Positions 27,603-43,269 of a stretch of DNA of 64,000 nt are shown piece by piece (position 1 is the first letter of the stretch; each line of letters begins with the position of its first letter). The stretch lies in the NCBI GenBank assembly GCA_964016885.1, contig OZ024749.1, forward strand, positions 44,702,001 to 44,766,000. The letters run 5' to 3'. Made by a program: the position numbers and the translations under genes. Source of the stretch: Eledone cirrhosa (lineage: Eukaryota). Below the pieces are notes generated by a model that saw only the letters and a program-made list of their open reading frames with translations, was not told the origin of the DNA and made no database searches.

Positions 27603-27857
27603 TAGAAGATATAGAAGATTCAAACCAGCCGAGTATATAGAAGATTCAAACCAGCCGAATATACAGAAGATTCAAGCCAGCCGGGTATATAGAAGATTCA
27701 AACCAGCCAAGTATATAGAAGATTCAAGCCAGCCGAGTATATAGAAGATTCAAACCAGAGAAGATTGAAACCAGCCGAGTATATAGAAGATTCAAACCAG
27801 AGAAGATTGAAACCAGCCGAGTATATAGAAGATTCAAACCAGAGAAGATTCAAACCA
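27603..27857 (+). repeat. Minisatellite, 26 bp unit AGAAGATTCAAACCAGCCGAGTATAT then 42 bp variant
   Basis: Units start at 27613, 27639 and onward. Confidence 0.95.
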
Positions 27858-28210
27858 AACAATAAACATAAAAAGCAAAGCAACAACAAATCGAATCATA
27901 ACATGAAAACGCAACAACAATCGAAAGATCCAAGCAAGACGCAGTAAATGTAAACAAAGCATAAAAATAGAAATATGGTATAAAAGTATTTAGAAAGAAA
28001 AAGCCATCAGAGAAACTTAAATGTAAGAAACAGATATATATACATTTTTAGCAAAGGAATAATAAGTATATTATGAAAGTATGGAAAGCTTAATGGTCCT
28101 CTCCGATTGTAATAATAGAAAAATGAACTAATATTGTACAGCTTTTGGCTCTCCATAATGAGAAGGGATATATAACAATGAATATTTTGCTCTCAATATC
28201 ACTCTCTTTC

Positions 28211-28245
<35 letters not shown>

Positions 28246-28289
28246 CTGTGTGTGTGTCTGTGTATATATATATATATATATATGCATCA

Positions 28290-28486
<197 letters not shown>

Positions 28487-28516
28487 CATATCTATCTATA
28501 TAGAGAGAGGGAGAGG

Positions 28517-28720
<204 letters not shown>

Positions 28721-28781
28721 GACAACTATACAGCAACAACAAAAAATGAAAAATCCTCCTGGAAGGTCCGGGGGCGGTGGA

Positions 28782-28827
28782 TCAGTGTCCGGTCGACGAC
28801 CGTGTATTGCGTGCATTACGTTCGAGT
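28782..28827 (-). CDS. Candidate terminal coding exon of an unidentified host gene
   Basis: Acceptor CTTTTCCACAG, CpG-rich unique island; encodes (R)LERNARNTRSSTGH*; phase matches the exon at 46267-46391. Confidence 0.4.
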
Positions 28828-28909
28828 CTGTGGAAAAGTGATCTCCCGAGAGAGATTATTGAAAGAAAATAAAAAAAAAAGGAAACAAAGACAGCTTAGG
28901 TACATTCCC

Positions 28910-30190
28910 ACCAGCACCACTACCACTGCAAACTCCACCACAACCACCACCACAACCACTACCTCTGGAACCACTACCACCTTCAACAACTCCACCACCA
29001 TCTTCACCAACTCCATCACTTTCACCACCACCACTAACACCACTGCAAGCACCATCATCACCACCATCACAAACACTGCAACCACCACTACCACCACCGC
29101 CACCACCTGCACCACCACCACTGCAACTACCAACAACTCCATCGCCACCTCCACGTGCTCCACCACAACTACCACCACTATCACTAACCACCACCACCAC
29201 CACTACCACCACCACCACTGTAACCACCACCAACTCCATCACCACCACCGCCACAACCACCACAACCACCACTACCACCTACACCATCATCACCGGCACC
29301 ACAATCACCACCACCACCACCACAACCACCAACACCACTACAACCTCCACCATCATCACCACTACTACCACCACCACCACCACCTACACCATCACCAGCA
29401 CCACCACCACCACAACCACCAGCACCACTACAACCTCCACCATCATCACCACTACTACCACCACCACCACCACCACCTACACCATCACCAGCACCACCAC
29501 CACAACAACCACCAGCACCACTACTACCTCCACCATCATCACCACTACTACCACCACCACCACCACCACCACCTACACCATCACCAACACCACCACCACC
29601 ACAACCACCAGCACCACTACAACCTCCACCATCATCACCACCACTACCACCACCACCACCACCACCACCACCACCTACACCGTCACCAGCACCACCACCA
29701 CAACAACCACCAGCACCACTACAACCTCCACCATCATCACCACTACTACCACCACCACCACCACCACCACCTACACCATCACCAGCACCACCACCACAAC
29801 AACCACCAGCACCACTACAACCTCCACCATCATCACCACTACCACCACCACCACCACCACCATAACCAGCACCAGCACCACCACCACCTCCACTACCACC
29901 ACTACAACCTCTACCATCATCACCACCACCACCACCACCACCACCACCACCACCACCAGCACCACCACCAACACCACCACCACCACCACCACCACCACCA
30001 CCACCACCACCACCACCACCACCACCATCACCACCACCTCCACCACCAGCACCACCACCAACACCACCTCCACCACCACTACCACCACTACAACCTCTAC
30101 CACCACCCACCACCACCACCACCGCCACCACCACCACCACCACCACCTCCACCACCAGCACCACCACCAACACCACCTCCACCACCACTA
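28910..30190. repeat. 1.3 kb (CAC)n-based repeat with higher-order units of about 66-78 bp
   Basis: CACCTACACCATCACCAGCACC..CACTACAACCTCCACCATCATCACCACTAC recurs about 7-8 times. Confidence 0.95.
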
Positions 30191-30404
30191 ACGCAACCCA
30201 ATTTACACAAATATAACCTTTCTTTTCTTTTTGTCTCTCGCTATTGTTTCTTCATTTCAAAATGTCTTGCATTTGGTCTGCACAACTTCCTATTTCAATT
30301 TTAGATGAGAAAGGCATACATGATAGAGAGGGTGAGAGAGAGAGAGAGGGAGATAGATAGAGAGAGTGGGGAGAGAGAGTGAGAGAGAGACAAGAAGAAA
30401 CACG

Positions 30405-30436
<32 letters not shown>

Positions 30437-30495
30437 AGTGTGCTTATGTTTGCTTGCATGTATATATATATATATATGCCTGTGTGTGTACGTAA

Positions 30496-30562
<67 letters not shown>

Positions 30563-30577
30563 TGTGTGTGTACGTCA

Positions 30578-30616
<39 letters not shown>

Positions 30617-30631
30617 TGTATGTTTACGTAA

Positions 30632-30677
<46 letters not shown>

Positions 30678-30736
30678 TGCGTGCATGTGTATGTATGTGT
30701 ACGTAAAGAGATTAAGATGAAGATATATATATATAT

Positions 30737-30815
<79 letters not shown>

Positions 30816-30866
30816 TTGGGATTGGGGAGAGTGAACGAGAAGCATAATAACAACAACAACAACAAC

Positions 30867-30908
<42 letters not shown>

Positions 30909-31458
30909 AATAATAGCAACAACAACAATAAAAATAATAAGATTAACAAGAAGAAGAAGAAGTAGAAAAACGAGAGATAGCAATGTAAATAATGAAGGGC
31001 TGTGATTGAAAAGAGGGAACCGAGCAGATTGTATGTAACAACTTCTTGTTGCTTTGTGTAACATAGATTGGCTTTTATAGATACACATACATATAGTGCA
31101 TTTCTTGACCAGTCCATTGTTATCTGACCAACTGTTACTAATGGCTTTACTTTCATTATAAGACGACGTTTACCATAGAGTCTTTATTTTCCACCTCTGT
31201 TTTACTTTTCCCCTTCTTTCTTTCTTTATTCATTTCCTTCCTACCTTCCTTCCCCTTTTTCCCCTTCTGCTTTGTTCTGGCATCCATTTTTGATTTCCCC
31301 AACCACCAACAGCCAACAGCAGCACACCGTATGTCATCATTTCACGAATCTGGCCTTCTTTCTTTTTTTTTTGTCTTCTTTCTATATGCATTTCATTCTT
31401 ACTCTCTCTGTCTCTCTGTCGCTTTATCTATCTATCTATCTATCTATCTATAGAAATA

Positions 31459-31547
<89 letters not shown>

Positions 31548-31632
31548 GTCTATCTGCCTGTCTGTCTGTCTATCTATTGTCTATCTATCTATCTATCCAT
31601 TTACTACATACATATATGTCTAGTCACCTCTT

Positions 31633-31700
<68 letters not shown>

Positions 31701-32175
31701 TCTCTCTATCTATCTATCTATCTATTTCTCTTTTTGGCTCTCTTTCTTTGTACCATCTCTCTCTATTTAACTCTCTCTCTCTCTTTCTCTCTCTCTCTCA
31801 CTCTCTCACACTCTCCTTCGTCTCTCCATCTTTCTAGAAATGGCTTCACGTTTTTAATTCATTTAATGTTTTACTGGTTCAATCGAGTTTACACAGAATT
31901 GTGTCCAGCGTAAAATTTGCTCATGTAATGAAGAAGCAAGTGATTAAGCAGTACACAAACTGTGTCACCCTCAGTGTAGTTCTCAGGGAGATTCAGTGTG
32001 GCACAATGTGTGACATGGTACAACTCATTTTTGATTGTTGGGAAGACTGCAGCAAACCTATGACCTTACAATCGTGAGGTCAACATTTAATCACTAAGAG
32101 AAGCACCGTCCAACACACATACTACCACACATGCACACATGTTTACATATATCTACGCCTCGTGGGGTAACCACA

Positions 32176-32212
32176 TTCCTGATGATTTCATACGAATGAA
32201 ACAATTCTAGTC
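32176..32212 (+). ncRNA. Hammerhead-like motif (family C)
   Basis: CTGATGA 32179-32185, TTC(ATAC)GAA stem, GAAA 32198-32201, CAATTC-TA. Confidence 0.45.
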
Positions 32213-32237
32213 TCGTGGCACCAACAGTTTTGCAACA

Positions 32238-32450
32238 GATATCAACATGAATGGATCTGTTATTTTTATCTAAAGACATTTTTTCCAATTCTATCCCGCC
32301 CGTCCTCTCAATCTACCTTATTTCTCATTCTTTCTTCTGATGAAGGACTAGCGTCCGAAACGTCAGAACCCCTTCCTGCTATATCAAGCGTTAACCTAAT
32401 ATATCCCTTCCTGTACTGATTGTGTTGTTATTTCTGTTTACCTTTTACAT
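32238..32450 (+). mobile_element. Hammerhead family G element
   Basis: Second copy on the minus strand at 53488-53620; ends in (TA)n. Confidence 0.8.
32332..32368 (+). ncRNA. Minimal type I hammerhead (family G)
   Basis: CTGATGA-A-GGAC(TAGC)GTCC-GAAA-CG-TC; stem III palindrome ACGT; predicted cleavage after 32364. Confidence 0.8.
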
Positions 32451-32494
32451 ATATATATATATACATACATATATATATACATACATACACACAA

Positions 32495-32554
<60 letters not shown>

Positions 32555-32730
32555 GTAAGTGGGAAGTACAAGTAAGGTAAAAGGTTACCTAATTTACTTC
32601 AAGTCCCGACTGCAGATTCGCCATGTGGGTTACAGCTTAGGATACTTTAGGGAACTAATAGATGTAAAGCCAAGGCTTTTCACGGTACCGCTTAATCTAA
32701 GAAATTCTTCGAGCATCGAAATAAATATCT

Positions 32731-32814
<84 letters not shown>

Positions 32815-32840
32815 TTGTAGCTCTGAAATAGCAATATATA

Positions 32841-33026
32841 TATGGATGTAAATATAATGTATTTTGCAATACACTTTATGCTTAATTAAAAGCATTTTGA
32901 AGACCGTAAGCTATTGTTTTAAAGTAGTGACAAATTCACTCACTTCGATCTCAGCAAACAGGAGGAGGTCTTCAAAATGCTTTTAATTAAGCATAATGTG
33001 TATTGCAAAATACATTATATTTACAT

Positions 33027-33031
<5 letters not shown>
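32841..33031. repeat. Fold-back with 65 bp arms inside (TA)n
   Basis: 32841-32905 is the reverse complement of 32967-33031 with one mismatch seen. Confidence 0.9.
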
Positions 33032-33075
<44 letters not shown>

Positions 33076-33122
33076 CATACAAAGTGTTAAAACGATCAAA
33101 TTTTAATTCAGAACATTTATTT

Positions 33123-33167
33123 GCTGACAATTGTTTCTTCCAGAGGGAAGTCTGGTTTCATCGGAGC
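33123..33167 (-). ncRNA. Hammerhead motif with a U4C change (family H)
   Basis: GCT-CCGATGA-AA-CCAGA(CTTCCC)TCTGG-AA-GAAA-CAATTG-TC-AGC. Confidence 0.6.
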
Positions 33168-34023
33168 ATAGGGAATGTCGAAACATGTAACTAAAATCCT
33201 AGTCATTTAGAACATTTAGGGTACATGTTGTATCAAACATATATAAATATAAATATTCTTATTACTATATACATACATATATAAATATAATTTCAGCGAG
33301 ATCGCATTTCGGCTGTGGTCAAAAACAAAGCCAAACGCATATTTATATGTATGTATGTATATATGTATGTTTGTGTGTGTCTTTCTATCTCTCTACATTG
33401 GAACACAAACACATATATATATATATATATATCGCCAATTAATAATGCAGTCTTTCTATACACGTATTTGTAGGAGTAAGTGCTGCTGTATATTATATAT
33501 GGAGAATTATTCTACTGCTGTGTAGTAAAGTACAGATGCAATTCAACTTAAATTTTAAATGTTCCAGTATTCTATGTTGTATAGTTGCATTATTCAATTT
33601 TCCCTCTTTGCATAAGCAGCCAATATTTGAAAGTCAGCACTGAATTTTTCGACATCACTCAAGGGCATATTTAGTAAAAGAAGCCTGTGGTATAAGTGCA
33701 TCGGAAGTTACAGTCTAAAAGCAAAAACGACGCCATGTTCTCTTCGCTACTTCAACATCTTTCTTTTTCTTGTTGTTAATATTAATGCTGCTGTTGCTTT
33801 TCTTTTGTTGTTGTTGTTGTTGTTGTTGTTCTTCTTCTTCTTCTTCTTCTTCTTCTTCTTCTTTTTCTTCTTCTTCTTCTTCTTCTTGAGTTCGAAACCC
33901 CTTTCTCAAGAAATCTGCTTTGCTCTATCTCCCCCTAATTCTCTTTCCCCTTCGTTTTTTCCCTCCATCTCTCGCACTTTCTTTTCATATCATTCCCTTT
34001 AAACAAACAGACCCCCTCCCCCC

Positions 34024-34059
<36 letters not shown>

Positions 34060-34101
34060 AACATATAGATACTTACTTTCATTCGCTATCATCATCGTAT
34101 G

Positions 34102-34487
34102 TATCTATCTATCTAAGGCGGGTAAAATTCCCGAGATCCATGGACGAGTTCTCTCCAGCGGTCTCTGTCCCTCATTATCGCTGCCATATCCTGCATCTCC
34201 AACAGACCAGTGTCTGTCCTTAGGGCATCAACATATGTTATCCTTGGTCTTCCTCTTCTAGTGTGTCCATGTAGGGGCTCCCAAAGGAGCACTGAGTGCA
34301 ATGTCAACTCTGGATGTCGGTGAGCATGTCCAGCTAACCTCAGTCTCCTCTGTGTCACTTTTGAGCTGACTTTTGGGATGCTCCCATACAGCTCTGAGTT
34401 TTTCATCCTCAGTGTATACTGATTAATGTTCAGAGCCATCCTCAGCATTCTCGTGTAGCACCCATCCACCATCTGAGTGAGTCTCTT
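34102..34487 (-). mobile_element. RTE-group LINE 3' fragment, family R1
   Basis: DGCYTRMLR..RRLRLAGH..LLWEP..RGRP..DRDRW C-terminus; (TAGA)n tail. Confidence 0.9.
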
Positions 34488-34885
34488 ATAATCGTATGTA
34501 TTATATATGTAAATTTAAATATATATATATGTGTGTGTGTGTATATGTATATATGTATATATATTTATATACATGTATGTATATGTATGTATATGTATAC
34601 ATACATATATACATACATACCTATAGAATGTTCATTCTATACCGTTTAGTATATATACCGTCATCCCTAGTAACCTTTCCTATCGTCACTCCCTTCGTAT
34701 CCCTGGCCATTATTGTTTCTATCTCCGAATCTTTTTCACTATATTTCCTCATCTTTGCTCTCTTGTTTTAGTCATTCTGTTATTCTTGTTTTGGCTCTCC
34801 CTTTTAATTGACATACACTAATTTTTACATGAAACCCTTATGTCTCTCTCTGTCAGTGTGTCTCTTTTGCTTTCTATCTATATAG

Positions 34886-35540
34886 ATCTGTCCGTGATGC
34901 TTGTGCGACGAGGAAACCGTCGCGCACGCATTTGTACACTGCCCGGGCGTTACCGACCTGTGGGGCTATGTAGAACGACTATTGTCGCGGGTGGGACCAA
35001 TCCAGTTGACCACCGAGTCCATTGTCGTGATCAAACCGCCACCCTCCTTCAAAAACGAGGGAGAGGCGGTTTTCCTATGTGTTATGGCTATGGTGAAAGA
35101 GGTTATATGGTGGACAAGGTTAAAAGGGCTGAGGTCAAACACCTTTCTCTCCGGCGAGCAACTGATTCGTTTTTTCAAATATCATTTTGGAAGAAGAATC
35201 AGGATGGAGAGAGAGGTGCTGTACCCCAGCAAATGTTATAATAGGTGGGTGAATGTGGCAAAGATGGCCCGAGTGCTTGGGCCTTCTCTCTATATAAGCC
35301 TGTAGGTTGAGGAAAAAGAGGAAGAGAGGAAGGGAGTACTCACTCTTGGTGCTCCTGGAGATGAGGGTTGTACATTTTTTCGGGGTGTGTATAACCCCTG
35401 TGTAACACCTCCCCCCTATTGGGGATATCAATTGTTATTTCTTATTGTATTAATAGTTTTATTTTCATATACCTGTATGTAAACTCCCCATTTGTATTTG
35501 TCCCCTTTTTCTGTGCCCTTGTGGCTAATAAAGAAATTTA
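34886..35540 (+). mobile_element. Tx1/L1-like LINE 3' fragment
   Basis: CP*C.CDEETVAHAFVHC zinc finger and K.VIWWTR motif, stop at 35305, 3' UTR with AATAAA. Confidence 0.85.
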
Positions 35541-35643
35541 TCTATATATCTATATAACTATCTATCTATCTGGCTGTCTATCTATCTCTCTGGCTATTAC
35601 TTTCACTCATCCCCTCTCTGTCTATGTAGATATAAATGCACAA

Positions 35644-35763
<120 letters not shown>

Positions 35764-36389
35764 TGTATATGTATGCATTCATTCTGAACGTGTGTATCTA
35801 TGACAGTGTGTATGTGTAGTGTGCGATATTTTAACTCCATCTGCTTTCAGTCTCTCTATTCTTTCACTAATCATGTACTTACGTACTACGTGGAGTCTAA
35901 GACTACATAATAGACAAACGTTTTGATAGTAACTAACCAGGCTTAGCCATAGACTCTTTAAAAGTCACTGATATCTTTCTCTGACTATGTTTGTTAGTTT
36001 AAAATATATTCTATATTATGAAAAGACTAATATATCACAGGCATATATTCATTTTTATATTTACATATTTATTTATTCATTTGAAATTATGTCTCACTGT
36101 ATTCACCGTGCTCTTGGACATTCGGTAAAATACTTCGAGCACAAGTGCATCTTGTATGCACATATAAACGCATATACTGATACCAAGACACCAACTTATA
36201 CACTCGTAATACATACAGGCCTTCATAGACGCATACACACACGCACAGTCCCGCCGCCACACAAAGATGTATACACCCACACATATATATATATAAGTAG
36301 GTGTGGGGTGTCGAGTGCTGATATTTGGTGAACCAAAAGTAACGTGAAATTGCAATCGCAATAGATATCTATATAAGCAGAGAGAGGCT

Positions 36390-36421
<32 letters not shown>

Positions 36422-37125
36422 GAGCAAAGGGATGTAATCGGTATATAAGACATAAAAAAAATGAAAACATGAATAAAATAGGAACATATATATAAAGAAA
36501 TATGACAAATGATTTAATAATTAAAAAAACAATAATAAAGAGAACAACGACATCAATAACGAAGGAATTCCTGATTGTTTTTATATCTCATCTAATATTT
36601 TATGATATATATATATATATATTTAAAGTATATTTATGTGCATATTATTCATGGTCTATATATAAATATATATATATATATATAAATATTTATGTAGGTA
36701 TATATAGATATAAATATAGTGTATAGTATATAGCTTCTTCTAGTGTTTTATTTTCATTTCATGTGTATACATTACTTCACATTTCAGACGTCCGCGCACA
36801 CAGAAATAGAGATACAAAATAAAAATAAAAATAAAAATACAAAAACTTCCCCCCACCCACCCCCACCCTCCAAAAAAAAACCCATCAAAATAAAACTACA
36901 TAAGCATGCTATCTGCTTTACGTATCTATAATCACTTGAAACATCCGACGACTTTCTGACTACTATAACATACACCAAATTCTAAGATCTTATAAAACAC
37001 TAGGACAGCAAGCAATTGGATATGACATAGAATATTGTCTCACATTTGTAGCCTTGATGTCTATACCACACTGTCACGTCTTCTCCCTTTATCTTGACTT
37101 TTCATGGGGTATATTTTTACTGCTG

Positions 37126-37187
<62 letters not shown>

Positions 37188-37327
37188 TCTTCTACCTTCT
37201 TCTTCTTCTTCTTCTTCTTCTTCTTCTTCTTCTTCTTCTTCTTCTTCAATCACAACCAGACCACTGTAAGGAACACATACACACACGCACACACACACGC
37301 ACATACACACACACACACACACACACA

Positions 37328-37429
<102 letters not shown>

Positions 37430-37597
37430 CATATATACAGACACACAAAAGCACACGCTCACACAGAGAAGTAAAACAATAAAACGCCCAGTAATACTTA
37501 GACCTAATAAATTATACAGGTGAACAGAAACAGCGACACGTATACACATATAACTATATATATTATGTAATGTAAGTAGTCATGATTTATACATACT

Positions 37598-37635
<38 letters not shown>

Positions 37636-37641
37636 GAACGT

Positions 37642-38085
37642 GTAAAATTCCCGAGATCCATGGACGAGTCCTCTCCAGCGGTCTCTGTCCCTCATCATCG
37701 CTGCCATGTCCTGCTCTCCAAAAGACCGGTGTCTGTCGTTAGAGCATCAACATATGTCAACCTCGGTCTCCCGCTTCTAGTTTGTCCATGCAGGGGCTCC
37801 CACAGGAGAACTGAGTATAATGTCAACTCTGGACGTCGGTGAGCATGTCCAACTAACCTCAGTCTCCTCTGTGTCACTTTCGAGCTGACTTTTGGGAGGC
37901 TCCCGTACAGCTCTTAATCCTTCATCCTCAGTGTATACTGATTAATGTTCAGAGCCATCCTCAGTATTCTGCTGTAGCCCCCATCCATCATCTGATTGAA
38001 TTTCTTGGTCAGTGACCAAGTCTCAGACAGCAGCACAGACTCCACTGTAGCAACGAAGAGACGGCTCTTCAGGTCTTCACGATCA
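37642..38085 (-). mobile_element. RTE-group LINE R1, diverged frameshifted copy
   Basis: LKSRLFVATVESVLLSETWSLTK..RRLRLVGH..LLWEP across frames. Confidence 0.9.
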
Positions 38086-38165
38086 AATATATACATTACA
38101 CACACACAGACACATATAAATATACATATATACATACATACATATATATAGAAACAAACAAGAGC

Positions 38166-38761
<596 letters not shown>

Positions 38762-38961
38762 GATAAATCTAAATATCATTATTTCTGAAGACAGCATATG
38801 TATTTGTAGGTATGTATATTCCCTCTGATAGTTAGTAAAAAATTTACATAGATCTATAGGATATGCATGCCAACACTAACATATATATCCTAGAAACGAT
38901 CGTAAAATGATGAATTTTTTAATATAAGGAACTGTTTCTTTGTTTATTCATTATTTTATTA

Positions 38962-39031
<70 letters not shown>

Positions 39032-39862
39032 GCTTAACACAGAGAATTAGAAAAAGGGAGAGAGTAATATTTTATCGACCAGAACAAAAGTCTCTTCTGC
39101 GTAATCCGAACTCAGAATGTAAAAAGCTGGAATATATAAAACAAACACTTTCAGAGATTTTACGATAGACTCTACCAAAATAAGTACAGTTACACAGAAA
39201 ACACTGTGCTATATACAAGTATACCGGGTATATGTCATCAATCTTCAAGCTAGTTATCACACCCAGTAGTAACCAATAACCAATATACCAGTACACGCCT
39301 TTCATATACACTCTGTATCAAATTGTTGCAATAATCCTGAGAAGTAAAAAATAAAAGGGTGAATAAATATATGATTTATGCATAGACTTGCGGAATTCTT
39401 ATATTCATTTTTTGTTTTGTATACAATTCTGTAACTATATTTCAAATATCTATTCCCACATTTCATCTAACTATATTTCGATAATTTCTAGCATATCACG
39501 TGTAATTAAAAAAAGTAATACCATGAAGAATAGAAATCATATCCTTATGTGATTTCGTTACATATATATTTCAGGGTTGTGTTTCTCTTTTTTTTATATA
39601 ATATTTAATTTTAAAACCTTTGTTATCTGATGTATTTTAACGAAATTATTCAATATGCATATGAATTTCATTTGAATTTTTCAAACGACATTGTATTCAA
39701 ATATACCGGAAACATATTGTGTGTTGAGCTTGTAATTTCATTACAGGTCAAAGTATGTAATTATAAACTCACATATGCAACTCTGGAAATATATAAATAC
39801 ATACATATTTCAAACTTACCTGCATTCATAATTGCGTTTATGCATGTTCGTATGTATGTATG

Positions 39863-39939
<77 letters not shown>

Positions 39940-40044
39940 ATATGTATGTATATATGTATGTATATATATATATGTATGTATATATATATCTATATACAAA
40001 TGTATGTATATATACATATATTTACATATACATATATACATATA

Positions 40045-40097
<53 letters not shown>

Positions 40098-40098
40098 T

Positions 40099-40134
<36 letters not shown>

Positions 40135-40143
40135 CATATAAAC

Positions 40144-40212
<69 letters not shown>

Positions 40213-40264
40213 CATACATGTTTATATGTATATACATATATATATATATATACATATAAACATG

Positions 40265-40344
<80 letters not shown>

Positions 40345-40649
40345 CATACATATATATATATACAAGTGTATGTGTGTGTGCCAGTGTGTGTGTTTGTGTG
40401 CCTGTGTATGGGCGTACAAAAAAAATCTACATTCAATATTAGAAAATTTCCACAATTTCTGAATCCATGGATGTACATGTTACACGTATTAAAACGTTGT
40501 TTTAATCTTGCATTTATTTATTACGTATTCACAGGGAAGCTTTGTTGTCAAGCAAATGGAAATACTATTATATACTGGCTCTTAGTTTCAATTTTTAAAT
40601 ATAAATTTATTTGTGCGCCCGTGTTATACACACAGACATAAATATATAC

Positions 40650-40738
<89 letters not shown>

Positions 40739-40754
40739 TGCATATACACATATA

Positions 40755-40826
<72 letters not shown>

Positions 40827-40845
40827 TATATATATAGATAGATAG

Positions 40846-40882
<37 letters not shown>

Positions 40883-40886
<4 letters not shown>

Positions 40887-41007
40887 AACAAGTAAGATCC
40901 CGACGGCTGAGCTCGTCTTACTTGTACCTATTACCCACTCTACTACCCTAAGTATTGAGTACTTTGGTGCGTTATGGTCCACCTGGTTCCTTACCACATT
41001 TCCTTCG

Positions 41008-41010
<3 letters not shown>
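40883..41010 (+). mobile_element. Family E fragment with short fold-back
   Basis: TAGGAACAAGTAAGA..TCTTACTTGTACCTA inverted pair; (TA)n on both sides. Confidence 0.85.
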
Positions 41011-41055
<45 letters not shown>

Positions 41056-41354
41056 TCACGTGCACATGCCACGGGATTCTGCGCAATCTCCGTCAAAGTA
41101 CACGTAGTTCCAAATTATTTACCAATATAGGAAATGCCACATGTAGAAATATCGCGTAAAAGCGAAATGGGAACAGCGCGATTGCGCTGCGGATGTCTGG
41201 GCCATCCAGCCACGCTGCGACCTCAATCTTACTTTGAACGATTACATTGGTGATGAAGACGAATTCATTTGTATAACCCTGCTATAGAAGTGGTACTGAG
41301 TTTCTTTGAGATTGACGGGCATAATGCGAATGAGTGGCCTAACTAGTTATTATA

Positions 41355-41548
41355 GAGGAGTGGATTGGCAGTATCAGTAGAGGGTCGGAAGCCATGCTTT
41401 CTAGCATAGAGTTAAATCCGTTTGTGGTCTGAGTTCAAATCCAGCCGAGGTAAACTCTGCCTTTCATCCTTACGGGCTCGATAAAATAAAATACCAGTAA
41501 TACATTGGGATAATTGCTGGTCTTGTGCCAAAAGTAGAAACAATTATT
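41355..41548 (+). mobile_element. SINE S1
   Basis: Full-length copy. Confidence 0.9.
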
Positions 41549-41922
41549 TCGTAGCAACGTAACTAAACAGTGAATATGTCTGTAACTTCATCAGTTGAAT
41601 TAAATATAGTTTCAATTAATTAAGAATGGCATGGGTTCTCCGTCAGTTCTATTCACGGTACACTCTGCTCCTGAAAATAAACTTGGACGTGGTTGAGCAT
41701 TACACAGGCATATGTATGTTTCCTTGAAAATACACATGGAGCTCAAGAAGGAAAGGCTGGGCTCTCCGTAAGGATTCCAAACTATGTACCTACTCCTGCA
41801 TCTCATAATGCATCAACCAGTAATATTACTTCTGGTCTTTCTTTCCTGTTTTCGCACCAAAGACAGTCCATATACCTACCCACGTACACGCACATACAGT
41901 GTATGTCTGTGTGTGGGGGGGG

Positions 41923-41964
<42 letters not shown>

Positions 41965-41980
41965 GAGAGGGAGAGAGCGT

Positions 41981-42034
<54 letters not shown>

Positions 42035-42747
42035 AAGAGTTTCCGAACCTTAAATCTCTCCTATATTATCAAGAATCTCCGCTTAAATACTCCATCCTAA
42101 TTTGATAGACTGAATGATTTGGCCTTAAACCCCCCCCCCCTCCCCCCCAAAAAACCCATAACTATCTGCATATGCCACTGTCTATTGTAACTGAATATAT
42201 ATGCATACACATATATACATATATATATATATGATTTTCTCTCACATAAGACATAGCATAACGTTGCTGACGATCCCAATGTTATTTGTGACATGATTAT
42301 TTTTTTCTTCTCATTTTTTAGTGTGTCAGTCTGGGTTGACTATATAGATTATTGTTTTATTTCATTTTGATAAAACTCGAATCCAATTTGTTTTTTGTTT
42401 TTTTTTGTTATTTTTTTACAAAATAAACTACTTATAATCGATTGAATCAACTACGTGATACGTGATATATTTATTTGTTATTTTATCGATTCTTGAGTGA
42501 ATGAAATTCAAAATTAATCCCAAAAGAATTTGAAAAACGGATAAAACCAAAAAAAAAAAAAAATACAAAGGCGATCAGATACAAAAATAAAAATAAATGC
42601 AAAGGCGATAAAATAACAAAAAAAAAAAAATCCAAATAAACTCACAACCTGTAAGCTTGTTTTGTTCGGCGCTCATCTTTTTCTGATAATCCCAATCTCG
42701 TTATTTTTGTGTCTGCTGCTTTTGCGGATATATTTGTTGTTGTTTAA

Positions 42748-42782
<35 letters not shown>

Positions 42783-43269
42783 CGACGACGACGACGACGA
42801 TGACGACGACGATGACGATGACGATGATGATGATGATGATAATGGTGATTGATTTTGTAATGCTAACTATACAAAAAAATCCACCTCTTGAAGAGGAAGT
42901 AAAATGAAAGCAATAAACTATATCTACAGCAGTGACTTCAAAACATCTATTAGTTATCACATCGATTTGGTTTATTTCGTTACTTACTCTATTTCCCTTA
43001 TTCCGAATGCTTTCACAACCTACAAACACAGGGTGAAACTAAGAAGTAAGCTTATCATTAAGAATTATGGCACTCGAAGAAATTAAAAGACAATTGTTTT
43101 TATGAATTAAAAGTTACGTTAAGATGTTCTTTTCCTGCGTCGTCTTCACTCTTAGCTAAAAATAAGCTCCTATTATAGGTGCTCCTATTATATCTGCTGT
43201 CTTTGACTGAAACACTATCGAATGCAGAGGAGGATCAAGCTTGAATTTACCCCTCAGGATAAACATTAT

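Noticed and set aside
27603-27857. CRISPR-like periodic array
   Set aside because: Units are contiguous with no unique spacers, no cas genes and a eukaryotic context.
28802-30304. 500 aa His-rich ORF and antisense Gly/Val-rich ORFs
   Set aside because: Non-ATG start, open in several frames because of the CAC repeat, and no domain or splice support.
41612-41870. Coding-looking unique block
   Set aside because: No convincing splice pair or recognisable protein.
42646-42700. Minus-strand segment LGLSEKDERRTKQAYR ending in GTGAGT
   Set aside because: Donor present but no pyrimidine-rich acceptor in a compatible phase.
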